Shown piece by piece: positions 41,135-50,620 of a DNA stretch of 64,000 nucleotides (positions are counted from its first letter, which is position 1; every line of letters begins with the position of its first letter). Made by a program: the position numbers and the translations under genes. The DNA comes from a virus, in the IMG/VR virus record IMGVR_UViG_3300034071_003115, positions 1 to 64,000 of that record. One strand, 5' to 3'. The notes beneath the pieces are model-generated. The model saw nothing but the letters and a program-made list of their open reading frames with translations. It was not told where the DNA came from and made no database searches.

Positions 41135-41644
41135 ATGATTCCCGAAACCGCGTGTACTTGCGACAGTGTTGATGCGCGAATAGAACGTGAGCTTATGGAG
41201 ATGAGGAATATGATTACCGAAACCGCGTGTACTTGCGGCTGTACTGGGTGCAGCGAAGGCAACTGCTGCGACCACAAGGCGTGGGCCAGCGGATTTGACG
41301 ATTACCAGCGAGGCGCTGCCATGACCGCTCGTGGCGACATCTACCTCGACCCAGAACAGGGGCGCGTTGCGATTGCAGCGATGGGCCTTGCTGGGGAGTC
41401 TGGTGAGCTGATCGATCACCTCAAGAAGTGGATTGGACACGGACACGCTGTCGATCGCGACTACATCACCAAGGAGCTTGGTGATATCCTTTGGTATGTG
41501 GCTGAGATTGCCTCAGTTGCTCGGATCGACCTTTCGGAGGTTGCGGTTCAGAACGAGAAGAAGCTCCGCCTCAGATACCCGAAAGGATTTTCCGTAGATC
41601 GCAGCGTCAACAGGAGTGAGCATGAAAAAGATTCGCAAGGTTGA
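41135..41644 (+). CDS. MazG-like NTP pyrophosphohydrolase with Cys-rich N-terminus
   Basis: GLAGESGEL..LKK, KELGDILWYVA, N..KL..RYP.GF. Confidence 0.88.
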   Translation: MIPETACTCDSVDARIERELMEMRNMITETACTCGCTGCSEGNCCDHKAWASGFDDYQRGAAMTARGDIYLDPEQGRVAIAAMGLAGESGELIDHLKKWIGHGHAVDRDYITKELGDILWYVAEIASVARIDLSEVAVQNEKKLRLRYPKGFSVDRSVNRSEHEKDSQG

Positions 41645-41940
41645 TGATCAGCGCTACAAGTATGAACACAAAGAAATCTATGTGACGACGCCCGTAGAAT
41701 CATTTTTCTACGCGTTTGTTGCATTCGCAATCATCTGGGTCGTTGCGGAGATTATTAGCTAATGATACGCAAGTGCAAAAGATGTCTAGAGTGGTGGCCG
41801 AACGACGGAGAATTCTACCACTCAAGGAAGCATCCAATGTGCATTGCATGCAATGTGGAAGTTGAAGATTTTGAAAGGCGGAGAGAATACATGCGCCAGG
41901 CTGCCAAGAAGTATCGAGATAAAATCAAGGCGAGCGCATA

Positions 41941-42594
41941 ATGCCGCACGTCATTGCAAACATTCCAACCGTTTCGTGCTACGTCCGCAGGGAATACCTG
42001 CGAGACCTTCAGGATGGCCACGGAGAGTTCACCCCAGCCTACTGGGTGACCGTCAAGGCGCCACGGCACCGCGCGCTGTATATCGAGGCATTCCTGCCGG
42101 AATACGGGGCGTTGTATGACAAACTTCCCATTAGCGCGTACGTCCAGAACCCAGAAACGCCAACACCCGATCTTCCGCTGGGTCTCTTGCAGATGTGGGA
42201 TGTCAACTCCTCAGGAATTGCCGTCATCGAGAAGACCCTGCTCAAGGGGATGCCATGCAAGTACCTTGATAAGGCAGGCGCATGGCACAAGGGCTCATAC
42301 TTATTTACGGTGGACATGGTGCAGCCCGAGCCGAACGAAGTGGACACCGACTGGGCTGCCATTCCGGCAGAGCACAAGTCCTACAACTTCATTAGACTAG
42401 ACAACGGGCAGTTTGCCGCTCAGCCGAACAACCGTGTCATCTGGATGGATGAGGCGACGGTGTTTAAGAATCCGAAGATGCCGGACTTCAAGGTCAGCAC
42501 GCAACTGTTCTCTGCAGAGGGCGAACGGTGGGCCGCTCTCGGCGATGAAGATTCGTGGAACTACTCAAAGAAGGAGAAGGTTGTCAATGGGTAA
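41941..42594 (+). CDS. conserved phage hypothetical protein
   Basis: ANIP...YVRREYL.D...GHGEF, YDKLPISA, EHKS, NGQFAAQPNNR. Confidence 0.75.
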   Translation: MPHVIANIPTVSCYVRREYLRDLQDGHGEFTPAYWVTVKAPRHRALYIEAFLPEYGALYDKLPISAYVQNPETPTPDLPLGLLQMWDVNSSGIAVIEKTLLKGMPCKYLDKAGAWHKGSYLFTVDMVQPEPNEVDTDWAAIPAEHKSYNFIRLDNGQFAAQPNNRVIWMDEATVFKNPKMPDFKVSTQLFSAEGERWAALGDEDSWNYSKKEKVVNG

Positions 42595-43384
42595 GAAGGC
42601 AAAACAAATGCGCAATCAGGCAAAACAGAACTTGCCGTCGATTTATTCCGGCGGACCGATCGCCCACGAGATGCACCCAGGAAACACAATGGGGTTGCTG
42701 GAGCTTCAGCGGGATTGCATGCACAACGGCATTCAGTTCAAGTGGAAGATGGTGCACGGATCATCGATCCTCACCGATGCAAGGAATGTCTTGTTGCACT
42801 CATTCCTTGAGAGCGGCTACTCGCACCTTTTCATGGTTGACTCGGATATCGAGTTTTCGGGAAAGGATGTCCTTCGGGCGGTTGCATCTGGCGAGTCGAT
42901 CGTGGCCCTTCCGTGCGCTAAGAGGATTGCGAATTTCGAACTAGCGGTTGAGGTGCTGCGCAAGTATCCTGAAATTCCAGCAAAAAATTTGCCAGCATAC
43001 ATCGGCGGAATGAACTTCCTTCCTATTGACGAAGAGCGCCCTGACGGAAGAATGCTTCTCAAGTCGCAGCGAGCAGGAACCGGCGCGATGATTATTCGTC
43101 GAGAGGCACTGCTGGACTTCCAGGAAAAGTATCCAGACCGCTGGTATCAGAACACCCTAACAAATCAGCGTCTCACCGAATTCTTCCGCTTTATGGTGCA
43201 TCCAGAAACCAAGGAGCACTGGGGCGAAGACTTTGGATTCTGCATGGACATGCGCGCAATTGGGTACGACATCAACGTGCTTGTGGACGCACGAACGGTT
43301 CACCACGGTGGGTTTGGGTACGAAACAGATTTCGCAAAGCTTGCGTCAAACTATATGAAGGAGACAGACAATGAGCAGGATTGA
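42587..43384 (+). CDS. GT-A fold glycosyltransferase-like protein
   Basis: S....ARN.L...FL, HLFMVDSDIEF, GTGAMIIRR, GEDFGFC. Confidence 0.75.
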   Translation: MGKKAKQMRNQAKQNLPSIYSGGPIAHEMHPGNTMGLLELQRDCMHNGIQFKWKMVHGSSILTDARNVLLHSFLESGYSHLFMVDSDIEFSGKDVLRAVASGESIVALPCAKRIANFELAVEVLRKYPEIPAKNLPAYIGGMNFLPIDEERPDGRMLLKSQRAGTGAMIIRREALLDFQEKYPDRWYQNTLTNQRLTEFFRFMVHPETKEHWGEDFGFCMDMRAIGYDINVLVDARTVHHGGFGYETDFAKLASNYMKETDNEQD

Positions 43385-43628
43385 ACGACTCGCGGCGCAG
43401 CTCCCAGAAGGAGAGGTGCTTTCGATCATGGAGTATTTGCACGAGACAAAGGAATGGGCCGTATGCACTAGTGCGTGGGACCCAAAGGCAGAGAATGTCA
43501 ATACAGCACTTGACTACCTTCGCGGCACCGAGTCGCCGAAGGGAAACTGGATCGTTAAGCGTCGCGCTGTCGGCGAGACCCCAGAGATTGCAGTCCAGAA
43601 ACTTGTATCCGGAGAAGAGAATGTCTAA
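43371..43628 (+). CDS. hypothetical protein
   Basis: RBS AAGGAG; coupled. Confidence 0.55.
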   Translation: MSRIERLAAQLPEGEVLSIMEYLHETKEWAVCTSAWDPKAENVNTALDYLRGTESPKGNWIVKRRAVGETPEIAVQKLVSGEENV

Positions 43629-43869
43629 GTGGGTTGACTTTGCAATGCTCTCCTTTGAGGAGGCAGACGCAGCCGTTTCTGGATTCGGATTCACCATTCA
43701 CGGCGTTCACCGCGCAATGGTCGACAACGACTGGATGGCAGTCGCGCACAGCCGAAAAGGGGCGGTCGTATCGGCACGAGGAAGAAATCCTCACGAGGCG
43801 GTCTGTAGGCTCGCGTGGGAGCTCACGATACGCCAGGCGAATCAACAAGGCTCTACGGGCCGCAAATAG
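43621..43869 (+). CDS. hypothetical protein
   Basis: RBS GGAG; coupled. Confidence 0.5.
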   Translation: MSKWVDFAMLSFEEADAAVSGFGFTIHGVHRAMVDNDWMAVAHSRKGAVVSARGRNPHEAVCRLAWELTIRQANQQGSTGRK

Positions 43870-44112
43870 GCATTTCCGGGGCTTCTGGAAGGCCCTCCGC
43901 AAGCGATTATAGAACCGCCAACCCCTCGTCTGTAAAAAAATCCGCCGCGTCCCTAGTCGCACGGTGGGGGAGGGGGGTCGAGGACGCATTCTGGGGGTTG
44001 GGAGCATCCTCCGGATGCTACACGCCCCCAAAGAAAGCACGATCAAGACCATAGGCGATGATGGGGTCAGCGGTGGCGTTGCCGCCGCGGTGGTAGTTAG
44101 GAGGTACGCACA

Positions 44113-44496
44113 ATGTACGCAATGCTCTTGCTTCTTTCGCCGATGGCGGCGGCGGCTCTTTCTTTCGTTCTCCGCGGTGATGCGGTGCTCTCGGTTCTCT
44201 TCGGTTTCGCGGCTCTCGGCGTTGTATCGTTCGCGGGTTTCGTTTACGAGTTCGGTGATCTCGCAATGGAGCACCGCTACGCGAAGAACCCACGCGAGGC
44301 AGACGGCGAGGTGGTCGCGTTCGGTCTGGTGTGCGCGGTGTCTGGAATCGCTGGCACGGCGATCTCGTGGCTCCTGGGTGCGGGCGATGCGATGTCGCTC
44401 CTTCTGGGTGTGGCGAGCGTGGGCGCGGCGTGGCTCGCAATCTTCGCGGTGGTCGTTGCCGATGAGAAGATGCGCCGCCGCTACGGCAAGCGATAG
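44113..44496 (+). CDS. 4-TM membrane protein (cassette A0)
   Basis: RBS AGGAGGT; hydrophobic segments. Confidence 0.7.
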   Translation: MYAMLLLLSPMAAAALSFVLRGDAVLSVLFGFAALGVVSFAGFVYEFGDLAMEHRYAKNPREADGEVVAFGLVCAVSGIAGTAISWLLGAGDAMSLLLGVASVGAAWLAIFAVVVADEKMRRRYGKR

Positions 44497-44760
44497 CACA
44501 CACACGAAACGCAACCGCCCCCGTCCTCCGCGAGCGCGCGGAGGGCGGGGGCTTCTTTGTACCTATGTGACTTCGGTGGCGGTCGCGCCCCCTGGGGCTG
44601 CTGTTCTATATGTAACTCACAGTATGAATATAAATAACAAATAACATAATAAGTTCGATGGACTCGCCTCCGGCGAGTACAGACCGAGTATGAAAACGCT
44701 ATTGTATGAGTGCGCGATGATGAGGGCGAGCCACCGAAGGCTCGGAAGGGAGACAATGGT

Positions 44761-45045
44761 ATGACTTGGCATCGACCTGATGAAGGCTGCGACGTCACCG
44801 TACGCGGTGATGCTGATGACGTCATCACGATCACTTGCGTGAATACGGAAGGCGTGATGAGTCCGAAGCCGCACCGCTATCACGTCACGCTAAGCGCGAA
44901 TGCGAACGCGCTGATGGTGATGGAAGCGGATGGCTACGGCGGCATCCACTACTTCAGTGACGCTGAAGCGAAGCGGGTGCTGATGGAAGACGAAGTCTGG
45001 TACGAACTACCAGCATTCTTCCGCAATAGAATCGTCTGGCAATAG
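44761..45045 (+). CDS. hypothetical protein (cassette A1)
   Basis: RBS GGGAG; MTWHRPDEGCDV... Confidence 0.6.
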   Translation: MTWHRPDEGCDVTVRGDADDVITITCVNTEGVMSPKPHRYHVTLSANANALMVMEADGYGGIHYFSDAEAKRVLMEDEVWYELPAFFRNRIVWQ

Positions 45046-45106
45046 CGTGATGGTGATGCGCGGCGAATGCGACGCCGCGCATCACTTCACTGAAGGGAGA
45101 ATCACA

Positions 45107-45427
45107 ATGGTGAAGCACGTGAACCCGATCGAATGGAAGTTCGTGTATGAGCATCGCTCGACGCTGACGGAGCGCGAGAATCGCACTAGGATGGAAGCAG
45201 AATCCGATCGTGTATCGGATAGGATCGTGAAGGCTATCGAAGCGATTCGGAAGGATCGTCCATCGTCGTGGATCGACGAACTCGATACCCGCGCATTCTT
45301 CATTCTGAAGGACGCGCTCGATCCGATCGGATACGAAGTGTTGCGTCAGGATGAGGACGGCGCGTGGATCGTACGCGAACGATGGAATACTGGAACGGAC
45401 TGGAACGCACGACTGGTCATCGTCTGA
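45107..45427 (+). CDS. hypothetical protein (cassette A1)
   Basis: RBS GGGAGA after leader hairpin. Confidence 0.65.
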   Translation: MVKHVNPIEWKFVYEHRSTLTERENRTRMEAESDRVSDRIVKAIEAIRKDRPSSWIDELDTRAFFILKDALDPIGYEVLRQDEDGAWIVRERWNTGTDWNARLVIV

Positions 45428-45683
45428 TCGGCCTCCCCCCGTTCACCGCAGGCGCGGTGGGCGGGGGGAAGTTCTTTCGCAACCCCCCGGGTGCTGCTGT
45501 TCTATCTCTAACTGGCTGACTATAAGTAAATAACATAACAACATAAGTTCGACAGGCTCGCCTCCGGCGAGTACGACGCCGCTAAAAGAACGCGAATCAA
45601 CATCTAGGAGATGATGGAGCAGCCGCGGACGCGCGGTGTGATGAATGCGACATCACAATGGTCTAGCAGAAAGGTGGCTTGGA

Positions 45684-45995
45684 ATGATCAAGACAATCGG
45701 CGAAGCGATCGAAGCGCTTCGCAAGGTGGTAGCAGAAGCGCAAGACATCTTCGCGGAAACGGAGAATCTTGTCGCGAAAGCAGAAGCGATTCTTTCGCTC
45801 GCAACGATCACGGGAAGCGCTGGTGATGCGATCAAGGCAAGCGAGAATGTTGGCGCTAGTAGAATGGCGTACCTTCGCGCTCGTCTCGAATTGGAGAAGC
45901 AGCGATTCTACCTTTCGCAATTGGAGAAGGTAGCAGCCGAGAAGGGTAACGACTGGGAAGGCAACAAGGGAATCCAAATCCAGTCGATTCAGTAA
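45684..45995 (+). CDS. coiled-coil protein (cassette A2)
   Basis: RBS AAGGTGG; MIKTIGEAIEALRK... Confidence 0.6.
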   Translation: MIKTIGEAIEALRKVVAEAQDIFAETENLVAKAEAILSLATITGSAGDAIKASENVGASRMAYLRARLELEKQRFYLSQLEKVAAEKGNDWEGNKGIQIQSIQ

Positions 45996-46230
45996 GGACT
46001 TCCCCCTCACCGCGGACGCGCGGTGAGGGGGATGGTTCTGTCGCGGCCCCCCGTGCTGCTGTTAGATGTGTAACCCACAAGAGATATATAAGTAACAATA
46101 TATAAGTAATAAGTTCGATAGACACGCCTCCGGCGCGTACTAGCTGAGAAGAAATACCGCGCCGTATCAATAGGGGATGATGTGCCTAGCCCCGATAGCA
46201 AGGGCGCTGCAGCAATAGGGGGATACGCAA

Positions 46231-46461
46231 ATGGGCAAGCGGATCAACCGCAAGCAAGCGATAGACCGCATCAAGGAGCGTCTACCGTTTGTTTCGCACA
46301 CGGGAAATTTCCGCGGCGAATTGATCGGTACGCAATACATGGTGTATTCGTACCGCGTATGCATCGCGGATTTTACCAATGGCGCGTGGAGCATTGACCC
46401 CACGCGATGGAGCGCGACAACATCGCGCCATCAAGGCATCGTGCGCCGCGCGATCGCCTAA
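46231..46461 (+). CDS. small conserved phage protein (cassette A3)
   Basis: YMVYSY..IA, WSATTSRHQ. Confidence 0.7.
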   Translation: MGKRINRKQAIDRIKERLPFVSHTGNFRGELIGTQYMVYSYRVCIADFTNGAWSIDPTRWSATTSRHQGIVRRAIA

Positions 46462-46734
46462 CGGATCGGCCCGCGTATAAAGGCGGGCGAGGCAAGGGAG
46501 CAGGGGGACGAGAGAGCCCCCTGCTCGCTCCTTTATTTTTTTCTCTTTTTTTATCCAGAGCCAAGGTGGCGGTCACACTCTCTTGTGGAATATAAGTAAC
46601 TAAATATAAGTAATAAGTTCCACGGCCTCGCCTCCGGCGAGTACGACACCAGAAAAAGAATCTCTCCGTATGACTCGGCGATGATGGTGTCAGCGGCGCT
46701 GCTGTGGCGTCGCATCAGTACGGGAGGGAACGGT

Positions 46735-47076
46735 ATGGAATCGCTATTGGCACTGATCGCCACGCTAGGCGGCGTGACGGTACGCGCGCGCGGAATGCGC
46801 GCAGTGAATCCTGCACGCGGGTACGCAGTAGGGTCGACTGATCGCACTGCGATCCTGCTGCCGCTCGACACCACGGAACGCGCACTACGCACTGCACTAT
46901 TGGAATGCGCAGTGCAGTACGGTACGCGTCACGCAGGCGCGTGGGTCGAGGATGGGATGATTCACGTTGACCCCACCACGATCATCAGCAGCAGGCGCGC
47001 TGCGCTAGGCACTGCGAAGGCGAATCGTCAGCGTGCGATCTACGGATTCAAGGAACGCGAAACGATCTACGTCTAG
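46735..47076 (+). CDS. small phage protein, possibly SAM-lyase-like fold (cassette A4)
   Basis: GAWVEDG.IHVD...A.......RQRAIY. Confidence 0.55.
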   Translation: MESLLALIATLGGVTVRARGMRAVNPARGYAVGSTDRTAILLPLDTTERALRTALLECAVQYGTRHAGAWVEDGMIHVDPTTIISSRRAALGTAKANRQRAIYGFKERETIYV

Positions 47077-47333
47077 CAGGCATCCCCCCAGCCGCAAGGT
47101 CCCGCGGCTGGGGGGATTGCTCTATCGCGGCCCCCTCCATCCTGCTGTTAGATGTGTAATCTCCATGTGCAATATAAGTAACATAATTCATATCACGTTC
47201 GATGGGCCCGCCTCCGGCGGACACAGGTCGAGAAAAAGAATCTCGATGTACATCCGTGCGATGCTGGTGGTACCGCCGACGGGTGGGGCGAGCAATGCGA
47301 GCTCGCAATTGGTTAGTGAACAGGAGGTTCAAC

Positions 47334-47606
47334 ATGCCAAAGGAGTTGAGGTCATTCATGATCCTCGTCTCAAAGGTCGTTGAGGGCGAGATCGCCGTCA
47401 TCGCAGAGACCGAGGAGAAGGCACGCGAGATCGCAATGGATCTTGCGTCGAATCACCCAGACACTTACCTCGACAACGATACGGATGTCGTTGTCGACTC
47501 AGTCCGCAGCGCCAGCGATCACGATCTCGAGTATCTGATCTTCAACGGCGCCAACGGATCTGAGTGGGACGCAAAGAGGCTGATCAAGATGTCCTTCGAG
47601 AAGTAG
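47334..47606 (+). CDS. small acidic protein with V.AETEEKA motif (cassette A5)
   Basis: RBS AGGAGGT. Confidence 0.65.
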   Translation: MPKELRSFMILVSKVVEGEIAVIAETEEKAREIAMDLASNHPDTYLDNDTDVVVDSVRSASDHDLEYLIFNGANGSEWDAKRLIKMSFEK

Positions 47607-47883
47607 TACCGAGAACCCCAGTCGGCAGCGGACGCGCTGCTGGCTGGGGTTTCTTTTTGCCCTGCACAAAGCTCTACCTCGGCCCCCTGGGGCCTGTAGT
47701 TCTATATCTAACACACAATATGAATATAAATAAGAGCAATAAGTTCCATGGCCACGCCTCCGGCGTGTACGACCTCGGCCTAAAAATCTCAATCAACAGA
47801 AACGCGATGATGGGGTCAGCGGACGCGGTGCGGCATGAGCCGTTGCGACACCGAAGTGCGCGGTAGCAAAAAGGAGGACAGAG

Positions 47884-48285
47884 ATGTCCGAGAAGGAACG
47901 CTCGCAACAGCGCGCAAACCTCTTCGCTGAAGTCGTCAGTGAAGTCGTGAATCCAGTCGTGGCTCAAGAGGAGCGCACGCACGAATGGGAGTTCATCGCC
48001 AGAGACGCTGACGATGACTACGATGATGTTGCGTGGTCGTTGCACAATGGTTCACGAGAAATCATTGAGCAGTACGCAGCAACAAAGAGCACTGGCGCGG
48101 ATGCGATGTACGTCCTTGAGAAGCCTCACAAGTTTCTTGATGGCGTTGCGGAGTTCATTGAGAACATGGACGTCGCAACTTCAGAGAAGGAGTACATGAC
48201 TCGCAAGTTTGGTTATTGGCATTGTATGGAGTGCGACGCTGAAGCGTACTCTATTGAGAGCGGCGACGAGGAACCCTGCGAGTAG
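47884..48285 (+). CDS. acidic hypothetical protein (cassette A6)
   Basis: RBS AAGGAGG. Confidence 0.65.
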   Translation: MSEKERSQQRANLFAEVVSEVVNPVVAQEERTHEWEFIARDADDDYDDVAWSLHNGSREIIEQYAATKSTGADAMYVLEKPHKFLDGVAEFIENMDVATSEKEYMTRKFGYWHCMECDAEAYSIESGDEEPCE

Positions 48286-48363
48286 GAATCTCGTCGCAGT
48301 TCAATCAAACGAGGTGCGAGCGAATGCGACGCTCGCACCTCACCATCAGTGAAGGAGAGAATC

Positions 48364-48672
48364 ATGTTCAAGTCAGACGGAAAGAAGATCAAACTCAACG
48401 CGTTCGGAACGGATTACACGGCGGAGATTCTTGTTGATCAGTATCACAACGGCAACACTGCCGTTGTGTTGTACACAGAGCACGAGCCACTGTGCTCTCT
48501 CTCTGTGAACACTGAGAAGATTCTTCCAACGGGTCACTTCTACTTGAAGGAGTGGTCAGAGAATCTTGAGATCGCTCACAATCAGAGCGTTCAGGAGATC
48601 ATCAAGGAGTGTGGTCAGCATGAGGACTACGCTTCTGGATACGTCGTGGCACGCTGCTTCACGATCTCCTAA
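48364..48672 (+). CDS. DUF4313-like protein (cassette A6)
   Basis: Y.NGNTAV.L...EP...LSVN, KEWSEN, SGYV. Confidence 0.6.
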   Translation: MFKSDGKKIKLNAFGTDYTAEILVDQYHNGNTAVVLYTEHEPLCSLSVNTEKILPTGHFYLKEWSENLEIAHNQSVQEIIKECGQHEDYASGYVVARCFTIS

Positions 48673-48933
48673 AGTCTAGCCCCCCTTCCACCCAGCGCGG
48701 TGGGAGGGGGGTTAGTTATACCGCGGCACCCTGTGCTGCTGTTAGATCTCTAACCCCCTCACAATGTAAATAAATAAATAAGAGGAATAAGTTCCACGGG
48801 CGCGCCTCCGGCGCGTACGGCCCGAGAAAAAAAATCTCACGGAGTAGAAGCCTGATGATGGGTGCAGCGGCGGCACTACGGCGAAGGAGCCGATGTGATG
48901 GTGAAGCGTCGCAGGTAGCATTGGAGGTTCACG

Positions 48934-49293
48934 ATGAGTGCAATGAAGCGCATTGCAATCGCATTGGAGCGTGGTGCTCAACTCACCACGCACGATTGGA
49001 AGTTTGTTGAGAATCGCAGCAACTCGCTGCAAGCGCGTGTCGCATACGCGCAACTTCTCAACGAGTATGTTGTCGAGTTTGCGCGAACGCTCGACACCGC
49101 CGACCACGCGGTCGACGCAATCGAATCGCCGCACGATTACGCGGGAGAGATTGCCGCGTGGTTGTCGGAGAATCGCGACGAGCACGACGAGGAGATTGCT
49201 GCTCTCGGTCGATGGGAGTGCGCGGATTGCGACGCGGTTGCAACGCGTATGGACATCTACATCGACGAAGCAGAAACCTGCATCGTTGAGTGA
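48934..49293 (+). CDS. hypothetical protein (cassette A7)
   Basis: RBS GGAGGT. Confidence 0.6.
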   Translation: MSAMKRIAIALERGAQLTTHDWKFVENRSNSLQARVAYAQLLNEYVVEFARTLDTADHAVDAIESPHDYAGEIAAWLSENRDEHDEEIAALGRWECADCDAVATRMDIYIDEAETCIVE

Positions 49294-49353
49294 AGCAAAG
49301 GAGTGTGGAAGCGCGCGGCGCTTCCACACTCCACAAGTTTGGAGGACAGCACA

Positions 49354-49674
49354 ATGAGCAAGAAAGCAAAGCAAACAAAGCGCACAGCAACGGAGTCGAT
49401 CGGCGTGATCAACAAGTTGCTTGCACGCAGCATTGAGCAGCGCGCGCTTGCTGCCGATGTTGTCGAGTTTGAGCGCGCAACACTCGTGGAACTTGCGATC
49501 GAGTCGAAGCCAAACAAGAAGTTGGTTGCGAAGTCGGAAGCGGCACTCGCAACGGCAACGGCAACGCTCGCATACTTCGAGGAGAACACGCGCACGCTGC
49601 AAGCGAAACTTGCAAGCGCGATGAAGTCGGTTGCGAAAGCAACAGCGAAGCAGCGCGACGCTGCTAACGCGTAA
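49354..49674 (+). CDS. Ala/Lys-rich helical protein (cassette A7)
   Basis: RBS GGAGGA. Confidence 0.6.
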   Translation: MSKKAKQTKRTATESIGVINKLLARSIEQRALAADVVEFERATLVELAIESKPNKKLVAKSEAALATATATLAYFEENTRTLQAKLASAMKSVAKATAKQRDAANA

Positions 49675-49732
49675 TCACAGCGGGGTGCGGGCGCGCGGCG
49701 CTCGCACCTCGCAACAGCATTGGAGGTTCACG

Positions 49733-49954
49733 ATGTTTGACGATGACGGAAATCTTTCTTGTGAGTGGTGCCACGCAACAGAATCGGAAACAGAGATCAA
49801 AAAGGAGTGGGACGATCACGAGGGAAACAGCGTCACGATTTATGGAAGCAATCGAAACGCGCTTGCTCTTTGTCGTCAATGCTTCTACGAGTCGCAACTC
49901 GACGAAGCAATCAGCGATCTCAAAGAGGTTTATCGCAAACTCGCGGAAGGTTGA
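49733..49954 (+). CDS. small Zn-finger protein (cassette A7)
   Basis: CEWC...LCRQC; RBS GGAGGT. Confidence 0.6.
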   Translation: MFDDDGNLSCEWCHATESETEIKKEWDDHEGNSVTIYGSNRNALALCRQCFYESQLDEAISDLKEVYRKLAEG

Positions 49955-50018
49955 TCAAACAAATGCGGGGTGCGGGCGCGCGGCGCTCGCACCTCGCGCA
50001 AGCATTTGGAGGTTCACG

Positions 50019-50399
50019 ATGTTTGAGTGTGAAGCACACGGACAATGCGCGATGACGGACAAAGGAGAGTGCCAAGAGTGCTGCATCGACGAGCAGCGAT
50101 GTGAGGAGTGCGGAATCGAGGAAGGCACTCCGCACGCAGCGAAAGTTTCTTTCCGCGACACGATCGAGCAAATGCTTTGCGACGATTGCGTCGAGTGTGA
50201 GGATTGCGGAACAAGCGCTTTGTCGAGCGTTGAGCCGAACAGCGACTTCGACGCGATTCTTTGCGAGGAGTGCGTCGAGGAGCGCGAAGCAGAGTGGCAG
50301 CGCGACGAGGAGGAGCGCAAGGAGCGCAACCTCGATTACGCGTCGAAGCGCGAGGACGAAACCGATCCGTTGACGCAGCACGAGGACGGCTGGCGCTAA
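50019..50399 (+). CDS. acidic multi-CxxC protein (cassette A7)
   Basis: CQEC, CEEC, CDDC, CEDC, CEEC; RBS GGAGGT. Confidence 0.65.
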   Translation: MFECEAHGQCAMTDKGECQECCIDEQRCEECGIEEGTPHAAKVSFRDTIEQMLCDDCVECEDCGTSALSSVEPNSDFDAILCEECVEEREAEWQRDEEERKERNLDYASKREDETDPLTQHEDGWR

Positions 50400-50620
50400 C
50401 GGAGTCCTCCCCCCGTTCACCGCAAGCGCGGTGGGCGGGGGGAGGCTCTAACGCAGCCCCCTGGGTGCTGCTGTTAGATGTCTAACACACAAGCGATAAG
50501 TAAATAACATAAATAATATAAACGGGGAATAATATAAGTTCCAACATTACGGGCCGCGGCCCGTAATGCCCCCACAAATGTTATGCCCCCGCAAGTCCCA
50601 GACCTGCGGGGGCTAGTTAG

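Larger units (their letters stand above)
44003..48860 (+). promoter_or_regulatory. class A cassette heads (8 copies): AT-rich block - AAGTTC-N6 - 6/7-bp hairpin with TCC loop - TAC ... GATGAT(G)
   Basis: TCC loops at 44010, 44669, 45563, 46129, 46633, 47213, 47759, 48807; GATG(A/C)TG at 44057, 44716, 45610, 46176, 46680, 47260, 47806, 48854 (all +47). The first copy lacks the AT block and AAGTTC. Confidence 0.85.

Noticed and set aside
43555-44644. Long ORFs 43555..44514(-) and 43964..44644(+), and similar long ORFs such as 48742..49602(-), 52691..53263(+), 54966..55850(+)
   Set aside because: No RBS, low-complexity Arg-rich translations, and they cross cassette boundaries; shadows of real short genes.
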